From Candidatus Woesearchaeota archaeon (lineage in GTDB: Archaea > Nanobdellota > Nanobdellia > Woesearchaeales > UBA10216): DNA of 61,003 nucleotides. How positions within the stretch are numbered: position 1 is the stretch's first letter; every line of letters begins with the position of its first letter. A program made the position numbers and the translations under genes. Shown here piece by piece: positions 8,988-17,440 of the stretch. Under the pieces are notes generated by a model, which had not been told where the DNA came from, did not search any database, and was given only the letters and a program-made list of their open reading frames with translations. Location: contig JACPBX010000031.1 of NCBI GenBank assembly GCA_016180085.1, positions 1-61,003 of the forward strand, in the 5' to 3' direction.

Positions 8988-10799
8988 TTACTTCGTTGTA
9001 ATTACTTTTGCCAGATTCCTCGGATAGTCCGGATTTATGCCGCGTAAGACTGCTATGTGATAGGCAAGTATCTGGACAGGGATTATGCTCACAATCGGGC
9101 TTGCGTTTCCAACGTCAGGCACCTTGAGCCAGTAGTCAAACACCTCGTTGTTTTCAGGGGCTATCCCTATTATGTATCCCCCTCTGGCCTTTACCTCTGC
9201 CGCATTGCTTATCATGTCCTGCTTTGTCTCGTCATTTGCCACAATGGCGATGCACGCCGTTCCATCCTCAATCAGGGCCAAGGGCCCGTGCTTCAGCTCC
9301 CCGCCTGCAAAGCCCTGCGCGTGGGTGTAGCAGGTCTCCTGCAGCTTTATTGCAGCCTCGAGCGCTATCGGGTAATTCAGGCCCCTTCCTATGATGAACG
9401 CGTCTTTCTTATCGACCAGCTGCAAAGCGAGTTTTTTTATGTGCTCCTCATACCTTGGGTTAAGCATGTCGTTGACAGCGCTCGCGGCATTCATAAGCAG
9501 CAGTTTTCCTTCTTGTAATTTTCCTGCTGTTGCGTACGCGAGCAAAGTCAGGACAGCAAGCTGGGCTGTGGTGGCTTTAGTGCTGACAACAGCCCTTTCG
9601 GCTCCGGCGTTTACCATGAAGAAATCATCGCTGACCCTCATCATCGTCGAGCCGAAAACGTTAAGCAGCGACACGACCCTTACGCTCTTTGATTTGGCAA
9701 CGTCGATTGCTTCAAGGACGTCCGCTGTCTCGCCGCTCTGGGAAACAGCAATCATGAGCGTTTTTGGGGTGAGGTAATGCTGGTAATTGGCAAATTCCGA
9801 AGCAACAACCGAATTTATGTGCTTTCTCGCAATCTTGGAAAAAAGGTACTCGCCAACAACGCACGTCTTCCCGGCCGTCCCGCAGCCCACGAGGAAAGTT
9901 CCGAAAGCGTTTTTTACCTCATTGGCAACAGCAAGGAGTTTCGCATCATCCTGGTTTATCGCCCTTGAAAGCGTGCTCTTCTGCTCCATAATCTCCTTTA
10001 TGAGGAAATGGTCATACCCTTCCTTTTCTGTGCTTCCGTGGTGCCAGTGTATTTCGACAATCCTCTTCACCAGCTCATTCCCGCTCATGAGGTTGAAGAA
10101 GGCTACTTTGCCGTCAACAACAGCCATCTCGTTGTCGTCAAGGTACATGACCTTGTTGGTATAGTCCAGAAAAGCTGTGACGTCAGAAGCTATGAAGAAC
10201 TCCTCATTGCTGTTCTCATGCATTCCCATGATTAGGGGAGCTCCTTTTCTGGCAGCTGCCATCTGCCCGGTTTCGGAATTAACTGCGACAAAGGCTGACC
10301 TCCCTTTCAGGGTGTTTGCTGCCCTCCTCACCGCAGCAACAAAATCCAAGCTCTCTTTGGACATGATTTCCTCAATCAGGTGGGGGATTACTTCAGTATC
10401 TGTCTTGGAGAGGAATTTGTGGCTGCCCAGCCCCGAGCGAATCTCCTGGTGGTTGTCAACTATGCCGTTATGCACAACAGCTATTTTGCCGGAACAGTCA
10501 AGGTGGGGATGGGCATTCTGCTCTGTGACCCCGCCATGCGTGCTCCAGCGCGTGTGGCCAACGGCTACATGGCTTTCCCCCCGTATGGCTTCGCTGACAT
10601 AATCCCAGTTTATCTCGCCTATCTTGCCAACACGTTTGATAACGGAAAATGACCTTCCGGCATTTTCGGCGCTTTCAGGGTTGTCAGCCAATGCAACAAT
10701 GCCCCAGGAATCATATCCGCGGTATTCAAGCTTCTTAAGGCCCTCAAGAACGACACTGGCAGCCGGCTTATTCCCAGCGTAAGCAATTATCCCGCACAT
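8988..10799 (-). CDS. glmS: Glutamine--fructose-6-phosphate transaminase
   Basis: MCGI start, EYRGYDS, GHTRWSTHG, SQSGETAD, ELKHGP and PRNLAK motifs. Confidence 0.96.
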   Translation of the reverse strand: MCGIIAYAGNKPAASVVLEGLKKLEYRGYDSWGIVALADNPESAENAGRSFSVIKRVGKIGEINWDYVSEAIRGESHVAVGHTRWSTHGGVTEQNAHPHLDCSGKIAVVHNGIVDNHQEIRSGLGSHKFLSKTDTEVIPHLIEEIMSKESLDFVAAVRRAANTLKGRSAFVAVNSETGQMAAARKGAPLIMGMHENSNEEFFIASDVTAFLDYTNKVMYLDDNEMAVVDGKVAFFNLMSGNELVKRIVEIHWHHGSTEKEGYDHFLIKEIMEQKSTLSRAINQDDAKLLAVANEVKNAFGTFLVGCGTAGKTCVVGEYLFSKIARKHINSVVASEFANYQHYLTPKTLMIAVSQSGETADVLEAIDVAKSKSVRVVSLLNVFGSTMMRVSDDFFMVNAGAERAVVSTKATTAQLAVLTLLAYATAGKLQEGKLLLMNAASAVNDMLNPRYEEHIKKLALQLVDKKDAFIIGRGLNYPIALEAAIKLQETCYTHAQGFAGGELKHGPLALIEDGTACIAIVANDETKQDMISNAAEVKARGGYIIGIAPENNEVFDYWLKVPDVGNASPIVSIIPVQILAYHIAVLRGINPDYPRNLAKVITTK

Positions 10800-11075
10800 G
10801 AGCAATCACAACAACAAAGTTTCAGATAAAAATGATTAGGCAGCATGTGTGGCTTTGTTGAGGTGTTGAGGCTCTATAGAAGCATAACCGCATGCCGCCT
10901 TAACAAGGCACTATCGCAGGCACATATAAAAGCATTACTAAAAGCACTTCAAGCCCATTAAAAAAAGATTTTTAACATTGGCAGGTGAAGTCCGGGGAAG
11001 TTTTACAAAAAAGAAAAAATTTATAAGTAAGCCTATTCTTACCAGTAATACCAGGAAGATTTTTGGTGAAAACTT

Positions 11076-11339
11076 ATGGACGTTGTCAGCGTGTCTTCCA
11101 AAGGCCAAATCGTAATACCTGAGAAGGTAAGGAAAAAGTTGAGGATAAAGGCTGGTTCCCGGCTTGTCCTGCTCGAGAAAGAAGATTCCATATTATTGAA
11201 GATGGAAGATGCTATCATAAGGCAACTCGAGGAAGCTGAAAGAAAAGAGGATATCGGCTGGCTTATCCTTGGCGAAAAATCCCTTGAAAATGTTTGGGAT
11301 AACCCAAAAGACGAAAAAGCCTGGAAGAGGTACCTGTAA
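11076..11339 (+). CDS. AbrB/MazE family antitoxin
   Basis: VSSKGQIVIPEKVRKKL motif; upstream of a MazF-like gene. Confidence 0.88.
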   Translation: MDVVSVSSKGQIVIPEKVRKKLRIKAGSRLVLLEKEDSILLKMEDAIIRQLEEAERKEDIGWLILGEKSLENVWDNPKDEKAWKRYL

Positions 11340-11341
11340 GA

Positions 11342-11680
11342 ATGAAGCAGCGAAGCATCATTCTGGTCCCTTTCCCGTTCTCAGACCAGTCAGGGCAGAA
11401 GGTCAGGCCAGCCCTTATTATTTCTAATGACGAATACAACAGCTCCAGCGACGACGTAATTGTCTGCGCGGTAACTACCAACATAAAGCCTTCAAAATAC
11501 TCGGTCCTGATAGGCCAAAATGACCTTGAAAGCGGCATACTTTATGAAAAATCAGCAGTAAAAGCAGAAAGCCTGCTCAAGATTAAGAAATCCCTTATTC
11601 TGAAAACCATCGCGACCATTAACATGCAAACATTATCAAAGGTAACCGCTATAGTTAAAGCATTGCTCAACCCTGCTTGA
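11342..11680 (+). CDS. PemK/MazF family toxin
   Basis: LVPFPFSD...KVRPALIIS motif. Confidence 0.9.
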   Translation: MKQRSIILVPFPFSDQSGQKVRPALIISNDEYNSSSDDVIVCAVTTNIKPSKYSVLIGQNDLESGILYEKSAVKAESLLKIKKSLILKTIATINMQTLSKVTAIVKALLNPA

Positions 11681-11683
11681 ACC

Positions 11684-13228
11684 TTACCTGTTGAACACTA
11701 CAATAACCATGTTGACAAACTTGCCCTTGTAAAGCACAGGCCTCTTGGTAATGATAACGTTCTTTGCAGGAACACTTGCCTCGGCTTTTATGGGGGTGTA
11801 TGCCTTGCCCATGCAGCAGTCAACATACTGCCCTCCAGGCATCTGCGTCAGGCCGAACGTGCCGTCACAGGCCTGTTTGGTTGCATCGCTGTCAAACCAG
11901 CACAGACCTTTCCCGTGGCAGGTTGCATCGCAAAGGTTTGAACCGGCCTTCGTGCAATCATCCTCGCAGTCGCCCAGCGCCTGCACAAGGACAAAGTCGG
12001 AGGTGGTGGTTCCTCCGTCGTATACCGGCACGGCATAATTGGTCTTTGCCTCATAGCCGCTTTTTGAAGCAGCAACATCACGGTCACCTGTAGGAACATT
12101 GCCTATGGAATACGTGCCGTCAGCAGCTGTTGTTGCTGTCAATGGCGGATTCATGCCCAAAACCCTGACAAGCGCTCCTGAAACAACATCTGTGATGTTG
12201 CTTACTATGCCGCTTATCGAGCCTGATGCGCCTCTCCACTGGCCTGGGCTGGCAGCCTGGTCAGCGTAGGAAGGAAAAGCTGTGCCTCCTGTCTTCTGGC
12301 TGGACTGCACAGCCGCCCTTGTAGCAGCAGCAACGCAAGAGCTTCCTGTCCACTCACATTTCACCTTGCTTTCGCCGCTTGTGCAAGCACTCTGCGTTTT
12401 TTTACCAGAGCAGAATCCCGTGTTTTCTGCCACAACACCAGCAATGGCAGCATTCACATCATAATAGCACTGGCCACTGAATACGCAGTCTGTATCAGAG
12501 TCGCAGCACTTCTTGTCGCTTGGAAGGTCTGTGCAGGCGCCAAGCGCACAGTCCCTGAACCTGTTGAACTCTCCAGCGTCATCGCTGCAGCACGTTGTTG
12601 CAGCAACCTCGCTCCCAGTGCCAAGGTTCCAGTTGCCCGTCCCGACAGCCGCATCACACGCAGCCTGGGAAACATCACCATCATAGTACAGGCACTGCGA
12701 AGTGCACTTCCCAGAAGCAGCAAAGCTCCCGGCAGTTAACTCATCGCACTGGCTGCTTGCGCCGCAGCCTGCCTCGCAGCTGCCTCCCCCGTACTGGGCC
12801 GCAGGGTTATTCTGGACCTTATTAGCATCGCACGTTACACACTTACTATTGCTCACATCGCACTTCACTCCGGAACAGCAGTTCGCATCACTGGTGCACG
12901 CCCCTCCAGGGCTCTGGCAGTTCACGCATGCTCCAGCATTGCAGAAATACCCAGCACCATTGCATAGCGTTCCGTCAGGCTGGTTCACAATCGTGCATCC
13001 CCCTCCTGACTGCCATTGCTTGCACACGCCAGGGCTGCCAGGACAGGAAGCGCACTCGAAGTTGAAGCAGTACTGGCCTGTGAGACACTCCGAATTGAAG
13101 TCACACCTCTTTATACCAACACTAATAGGCCCAGAGCCCTCCCATCCCTGGGCAAGAGCAGCGTCTGGTAAAAGCATCAGCAAAAAACCTGAAATTAGCA
13201 CAATTGACAGCAAAAGCAGCTTTCCCAT
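11684..13228 (-). CDS. Secreted Cys-rich protein with a carboxypeptidase-regulatory-like beta-sandwich domain
   Basis: Signal peptide; dense Cys modules; GSISGIV...GALV...TAADGTYSI...ASKSGY domain. Confidence 0.75.
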   Translation of the reverse strand: MGKLLLLSIVLISGFLLMLLPDAALAQGWEGSGPISVGIKRCDFNSECLTGQYCFNFECASCPGSPGVCKQWQSGGGCTIVNQPDGTLCNGAGYFCNAGACVNCQSPGGACTSDANCCSGVKCDVSNSKCVTCDANKVQNNPAAQYGGGSCEAGCGASSQCDELTAGSFAASGKCTSQCLYYDGDVSQAACDAAVGTGNWNLGTGSEVAATTCCSDDAGEFNRFRDCALGACTDLPSDKKCCDSDTDCVFSGQCYYDVNAAIAGVVAENTGFCSGKKTQSACTSGESKVKCEWTGSSCVAAATRAAVQSSQKTGGTAFPSYADQAASPGQWRGASGSISGIVSNITDVVSGALVRVLGMNPPLTATTAADGTYSIGNVPTGDRDVAASKSGYEAKTNYAVPVYDGGTTTSDFVLVQALGDCEDDCTKAGSNLCDATCHGKGLCWFDSDATKQACDGTFGLTQMPGGQYVDCCMGKAYTPIKAEASVPAKNVIITKRPVLYKGKFVNMVIVVFNR

Positions 13229-13306
13229 GCTTACCTAACCCTCTTTTTGCAATACTTAACTAACAATCAAATACTAGGCTTCTAATATAAATATGTTTTG
13301 GAATGT

Positions 13307-15484
13307 TCAGTTGCAGAAAGAGCCGTCGCCCCTTCTGGCTGGTAAAGTGTTAACCTGTTCATAAGTGCCGAAAATGTTGCAGGAGTTTATGCCTTTTTGG
13401 TTCGCGTTAAAAATGCTGTCACCACTATAATGCCACTTCTGACCATGGACAATAACCAAGCCGGCGTTAGTTTCTCCAGGGATTATGCCTTCGGCAGGGA
13501 TGCCTAAAGACCTGAGAGCAGCGGTAATGCCGGTTATATTATGCCCGCTGTCTGTTTGCCTGACAAGCGGTATTGCCCACGCAGGCGGATCAACTGAGTT
13601 CTGTGAAAAAACACCCCCGTAAAGGCTTGCAAAATTAGTATCGCCGCCAGTAAAGTGAGTTACATTCCCCAAGTACCATTCCATAATCCTGAGCACTGCT
13701 GTGCGCTCGTCTTTCGCATCGCCAACAATGCCCTTTGCCCATTGGTACGTGCTCAGGTAAGTGCCGTCAGGCCTTTTTGTTTTGTCCATATAAGAGACGC
13801 TGCGGTCGGCAAATGCTGTAGTGCTTCCGCTGTTCATTGTTGGCTCCCGGCTGAGCAGCAGCCACAATTCATTTTTGTTGTTTGCCAATAAAGGCCTAAT
13901 CAACAGGCTCTGGCTGTCTTTCCAGACAAGGTCTGATATTGTTTTTAGCCACTCTCTCATGATGTTGCCTTCTGAGCCAACCATGTTAAAGTAAGCAATG
14001 GAGCCGTTCCCGTTTGGGGTTCCTGCTTCAAGCACGTTCCATGTCCTGCCGTTGTAATAAAAACTCTGCCCCGGATAAACGCCAAGCGCATCAAGGACCG
14101 CGTCAAGGTCGTTGCTTGGCATCTCACCCTTATTCATCATCAGGTTTACCATTGTGGCAACAGCTTGCCAGCTGTTTTTCGTTGCTTCCCTTGTAGGCCA
14201 CTTTTTGGCATCAAACGGGACAAAGGTTGTCCGGTAAACAAAACCGCTGGGATACTTGCCCTCAACCACCTTTCCACCGTCAACAACTGTTCCCCACTCA
14301 ACCACATCGCCTTTCTCGCTGAACGTTTTCCAAAGCGGCGAGCTGTCAGCCATAAAGGCGTTTAATGCGTCAAAGGAAGTTATTGTTTTTGCCTCTTTGG
14401 CTGCAACGGATTTTATTATTGAGCCAAGATTGTAAGTCTCAGAGCTTTCAAGCCGGATAGTTTTGTCAGGCATGTTCCAAACTGCTTTCTTCAACTCCGA
14501 ATGGTAGTTCTTTGTCTGCATGGTCGTAGCAGCAGCCACCAGGTCAGTCAGCGGAACAGTCTTATTGGTAAAGTAAGTCGACTTGACCATTGCCAGCTGG
14601 ACTTCCAGAGGATTGGCAGCAACTGCCTTGATGAAAGCCTCCTCTGTGCTGTCAAGGATTCCATCCAAGCCAAGAACTGAAACGCCACTAATTACTTCAG
14701 CAGAAGTTATCCCTATAGCCGGACTCGTAGCATACACGACAGCAAGGTTTGGCTTGGGAGTTGGTGTGAATGTTGGCGGGAGTGGCGTCGCTGTCGGCTT
14801 TGGCGTTGGACTGGGCGTAGGAGACGGCGTAGGCGATGGCGTCGGTGAAGGTGTAGGGCTGGGAGTAGGTGACGGCGTAGGGCTAGGAGTAGGCGAAGGC
14901 GTGTAGGTAAAAGTGGCTGTTGGCGGCACAGGCGTAGGCGGCGGAGTAGGCGAAGGCGTTGGAACTGGCAACGTAGCATACTCAACAGGAGTTGGCGGCT
15001 GCAACGGGAAAGGCGTCAGAGTGTCAACTGGGACCTTTGTAGCTGTTGCAGTGTAGGTTGCTATTGCCGTGAAGGTCAGCTGCTCTGTCGGCCCGGCAGT
15101 GACCGGGCTTGGCGTTGGTTCGCTTGTTGGGACTACAGTCACAACTCCGTTTCCCGTCAAGCATGCGACCGCCAGGCCTGCTCCAAAACCTGCCAGCGTT
15201 GCTCTCACTCGAGGGGGCAGAACCTTTCGAACAACACTCCCAAAACCACTAGCAGGATAACTTCCCCGCACTTGCCCTGACTCGTAGTTTTGAACCGGAT
15301 GTTTCAGCAGAGGCACATCGCGGGCTCCGGAATCGTAAGCTTCAGAAGGCTCCGCAACTGCAACTACAGGAGTCTCCCTAGCCAGCTCTTCAACGGTTTT
15401 TTGATGGCTCCGCCTATCCCAGTGCGGCTTATTCAAAGGGCTGTGCTGTCCCCTCCCGTTCAGAGTACTGGCATGAAGCACCAT
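13307..15484 (-). CDS. Membrane-anchored Pro/Thr-rich surface protein with a C-terminal transglutaminase-like region
   Basis: Hydrophobic segment ending LAVAC, TPSP stalk and ALRSLGIPA motif. Confidence 0.7.
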   Translation of the reverse strand: MVLHASTLNGRGQHSPLNKPHWDRRSHQKTVEELARETPVVAVAEPSEAYDSGARDVPLLKHPVQNYESGQVRGSYPASGFGSVVRKVLPPRVRATLAGFGAGLAVACLTGNGVVTVVPTSEPTPSPVTAGPTEQLTFTAIATYTATATKVPVDTLTPFPLQPPTPVEYATLPVPTPSPTPPPTPVPPTATFTYTPSPTPSPTPSPTPSPTPSPTPSPTPSPTPSPTPKPTATPLPPTFTPTPKPNLAVVYATSPAIGITSAEVISGVSVLGLDGILDSTEEAFIKAVAANPLEVQLAMVKSTYFTNKTVPLTDLVAAATTMQTKNYHSELKKAVWNMPDKTIRLESSETYNLGSIIKSVAAKEAKTITSFDALNAFMADSSPLWKTFSEKGDVVEWGTVVDGGKVVEGKYPSGFVYRTTFVPFDAKKWPTREATKNSWQAVATMVNLMMNKGEMPSNDLDAVLDALGVYPGQSFYYNGRTWNVLEAGTPNGNGSIAYFNMVGSEGNIMREWLKTISDLVWKDSQSLLIRPLLANNKNELWLLLSREPTMNSGSTTAFADRSVSYMDKTKRPDGTYLSTYQWAKGIVGDAKDERTAVLRIMEWYLGNVTHFTGGDTNFASLYGGVFSQNSVDPPAWAIPLVRQTDSGHNITGITAALRSLGIPAEGIIPGETNAGLVIVHGQKWHYSGDSIFNANQKGINSCNIFGTYEQVNTLPARRGDGSFCN
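14760..14965 (-). repeat. Coding (TPSP)n tandem repeat
   Basis: 12-bp periodic repeat encoding TPSPTPSP... Confidence 0.9.
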
Positions 15485-15599
15485 GAGGGCAGCACCAGAC
15501 TTTGGAGTATTTAAAGGTTTCGGTTTTGTCGTTATTAGGCAGGGGTGAAAAATGGTACGGGGTGGTGTTGAATCTGGAAAGCGAAAGGTTTAAATACAA

Positions 15600-15619
15600 G
15601 TTATCAGTATAGTGATAAC
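15600..15619. promoter_or_regulatory. Palindromic operator GTTATCA-N6-TGATAAC
   Basis: 7-bp inverted repeat between the TTTAAATA box and the ATG of the HTH gene. Confidence 0.6.
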
Positions 15620-16264
15620 ATGGAACTGCAGATTGTGAATCCGCATGTTGTGAAGATACTGATTGCCGCAAGGGACGTTGACTCAATAAATGCCGTTGCC
15701 AAACGCACGGGCATCTCTTTCGGCTGGACTTATAAGTGGGTGAAGGAGTTAGCCAGGGCAGGGGTGTTTCAGGCAAGCCGCATGAGGCTAACGCTGAATA
15801 AGGGCAACGCCATGTACAAGTTGACTCTGGCTTACATAAGAAAAGTCTTTGGCAATGACGCCTATTTCTATTACTCTGTGTTGCCTTTGATGGGCGTCAC
15901 TTATTGCTTTGTGAAGACTGATGCTGTCTTTGTATGGACAAAAGGGGGCTACCAGATTGGGAGGAGCAAAGACTATTATCCCGTATTTGTCAAGGTGAGG
16001 GCACGTGACAGGAAAATCTTTGGCTATTACGTGCAGAAGCTGGGCTTGCGCGTCAATGCGAAGAAGGGAGTGTTTTTCAGGCCGGAGTTTGCCGATGAGT
16101 TCAAATTTGAAATATGCAGCGGGATTCCTGTAGAGCCCCTTGACGATACCATTGGCTTTATGCAAAGGCATTTCTATAACTTCCAGCCGGCTTTGGAGAT
16201 GATTCAGGAAATGTACGGGAAAGTGCTGGGTGTTAAGTATAAGGAAACGACTGCCTGGGGGTAG
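15620..16264 (+). CDS. HTH-domain protein, putative antitoxin/regulator partner of the downstream nucleotidyltransferase
   Basis: N-terminal HTH (SINAVAKRTGISFGWTYKWVKEL); tightly coupled to the next gene. Confidence 0.65.
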   Translation: MELQIVNPHVVKILIAARDVDSINAVAKRTGISFGWTYKWVKELARAGVFQASRMRLTLNKGNAMYKLTLAYIRKVFGNDAYFYYSVLPLMGVTYCFVKTDAVFVWTKGGYQIGRSKDYYPVFVKVRARDRKIFGYYVQKLGLRVNAKKGVFFRPEFADEFKFEICSGIPVEPLDDTIGFMQRHFYNFQPALEMIQEMYGKVLGVKYKETTAWG

Positions 16265-16266
16265 CG

Positions 16267-16947
16267 ATGTTTGACACGTTTATTAGGCGGGAAAACAGGA
16301 TTTTTGAAATCCTGCAGGAATTTGCAGACGCTGGGTTGGAATTTGTTATTGTAGGAGGTTATGCCGTTTCCGCATACAAGCACAGGTTTTCAGTGGATGC
16401 CGATATTGTGGTAAAAAGTGATGATATGGAAAAATTTGCGCAAATTCTGGCAAAAAGCAAGTTCGTTAAAACTATTTCTAAGCAGCTTGAAAACGAATAC
16501 TCATCACAGTTTGTCCGTTATGAAAAGAAAGACGAATTGCCTGTAAGCTTCGATATGCTTATCGATGGCATGGGAGTGAGGCAGACAAATGCTGCATTTG
16601 GCTATGACCTGCTCAGAAGCTATTCGGAAAAAAAGAAAATAAAGGGGATTGAAAAAGAGGTTGTGCTGCTGGTGCCGAGAAGGGAGCTTTTAGTTGCGAT
16701 GAAGCTGCATGCGGGCAGGGCAACTGACCTGCGGGACTCTGCTGCCTTATGCAAAGGGCTGGACCTTGCCCTTATCCAGAAAGTCATCCGAAGAGGCGAC
16801 ACAGCTCCCGTCAAAGAGAGCATCGCGAAGCTCATGTCATTGCTTAACGACACCAACTTTATTAATTCGTTTAAAGGGATTTTCCTCGAAAAGAAATACG
16901 ACCTTGACGTCCAAGAAATAAAAAAACTGCAGAAACTCACTCTTTAA
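16267..16947 (+). CDS. AbiEii-like nucleotidyltransferase
   Basis: GGYAV...RFSVDADI motif and C-terminal MKLHAGRATDLRD. Confidence 0.75.
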   Translation: MFDTFIRRENRIFEILQEFADAGLEFVIVGGYAVSAYKHRFSVDADIVVKSDDMEKFAQILAKSKFVKTISKQLENEYSSQFVRYEKKDELPVSFDMLIDGMGVRQTNAAFGYDLLRSYSEKKKIKGIEKEVVLLVPRRELLVAMKLHAGRATDLRDSAALCKGLDLALIQKVIRRGDTAPVKESIAKLMSLLNDTNFINSFKGIFLEKKYDLDVQEIKKLQKLTL

Positions 16948-16955
16948 AGCAAAAT

Positions 16956-17426
16956 TTACGTCTTTTCCTTAGCCACAGACAGGTCTTTGGCGTCAAGGAG
17001 GACTGCCCCGGACTGGTGGGAAGAGGCGAGCCAGACCAGTTTTGTGCCTTCAGCAACGGGCTGCCCTGCCACGAAAGGCCTTATTGTACCGTCAGCAGCT
17101 TCAGCCATGAGGCCAAACGAGCTTATATCGCTGCCATAGTTCTGAATCACGAAGTCAAGGGCGGGCTGGCACGGCACAACATCGTCAGGAATGTCAGCAT
17201 ATTTTTCACAAATTGCCTGTGTAACACCAGCCGGGAGCGAAGGCCTTGCTGGTTCTGCTGGCTCGGTTGCCTGCGAAGGCTGGGCTGCAATTTCAGCAGC
17301 CTGTTCAGCTGTCTCGTTTGGCGTTGCCGGCCTGGCTCCGAACAATGCGAAGATGTAAATGGCAACAACAGCAGCTACTGCAAAGATGCCAATCACAGCT
17401 AGTTTTTTAAGATTATCATAAAGCAT
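16956..17426 (-). CDS. Membrane-anchored protein with two Cys and a possible PepSY-like domain (module gene C)
   Basis: N-terminal TM, Pro/Ala linker, C...C...Y..I...W...VLLDA pattern. Confidence 0.7.
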   Translation of the reverse strand: MLYDNLKKLAVIGIFAVAAVVAIYIFALFGARPATPNETAEQAAEIAAQPSQATEPAEPARPSLPAGVTQAICEKYADIPDDVVPCQPALDFVIQNYGSDISSFGLMAEAADGTIRPFVAGQPVAEGTKLVWLASSHQSGAVLLDAKDLSVAKEKT

Positions 17427-17440
17427 TAGGAAACCTCCCT

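Noticed and set aside
6390-10652. Numerous long antisense ORFs over the glm operon and other housekeeping genes
   Set aside because: Shadow ORFs of well-supported genes, with no motifs of their own.
10806-10920. Canonical glmS ribozyme
   Set aside because: The conserved AGCGCC cleavage-site core is not visible on the coding strand.
10935-11712. Gene-end duplications around MazEF (also sought around VapBC and the HTH-NTase pair)
   Set aside because: Only patchy similarity was found; no convincing direct repeat.
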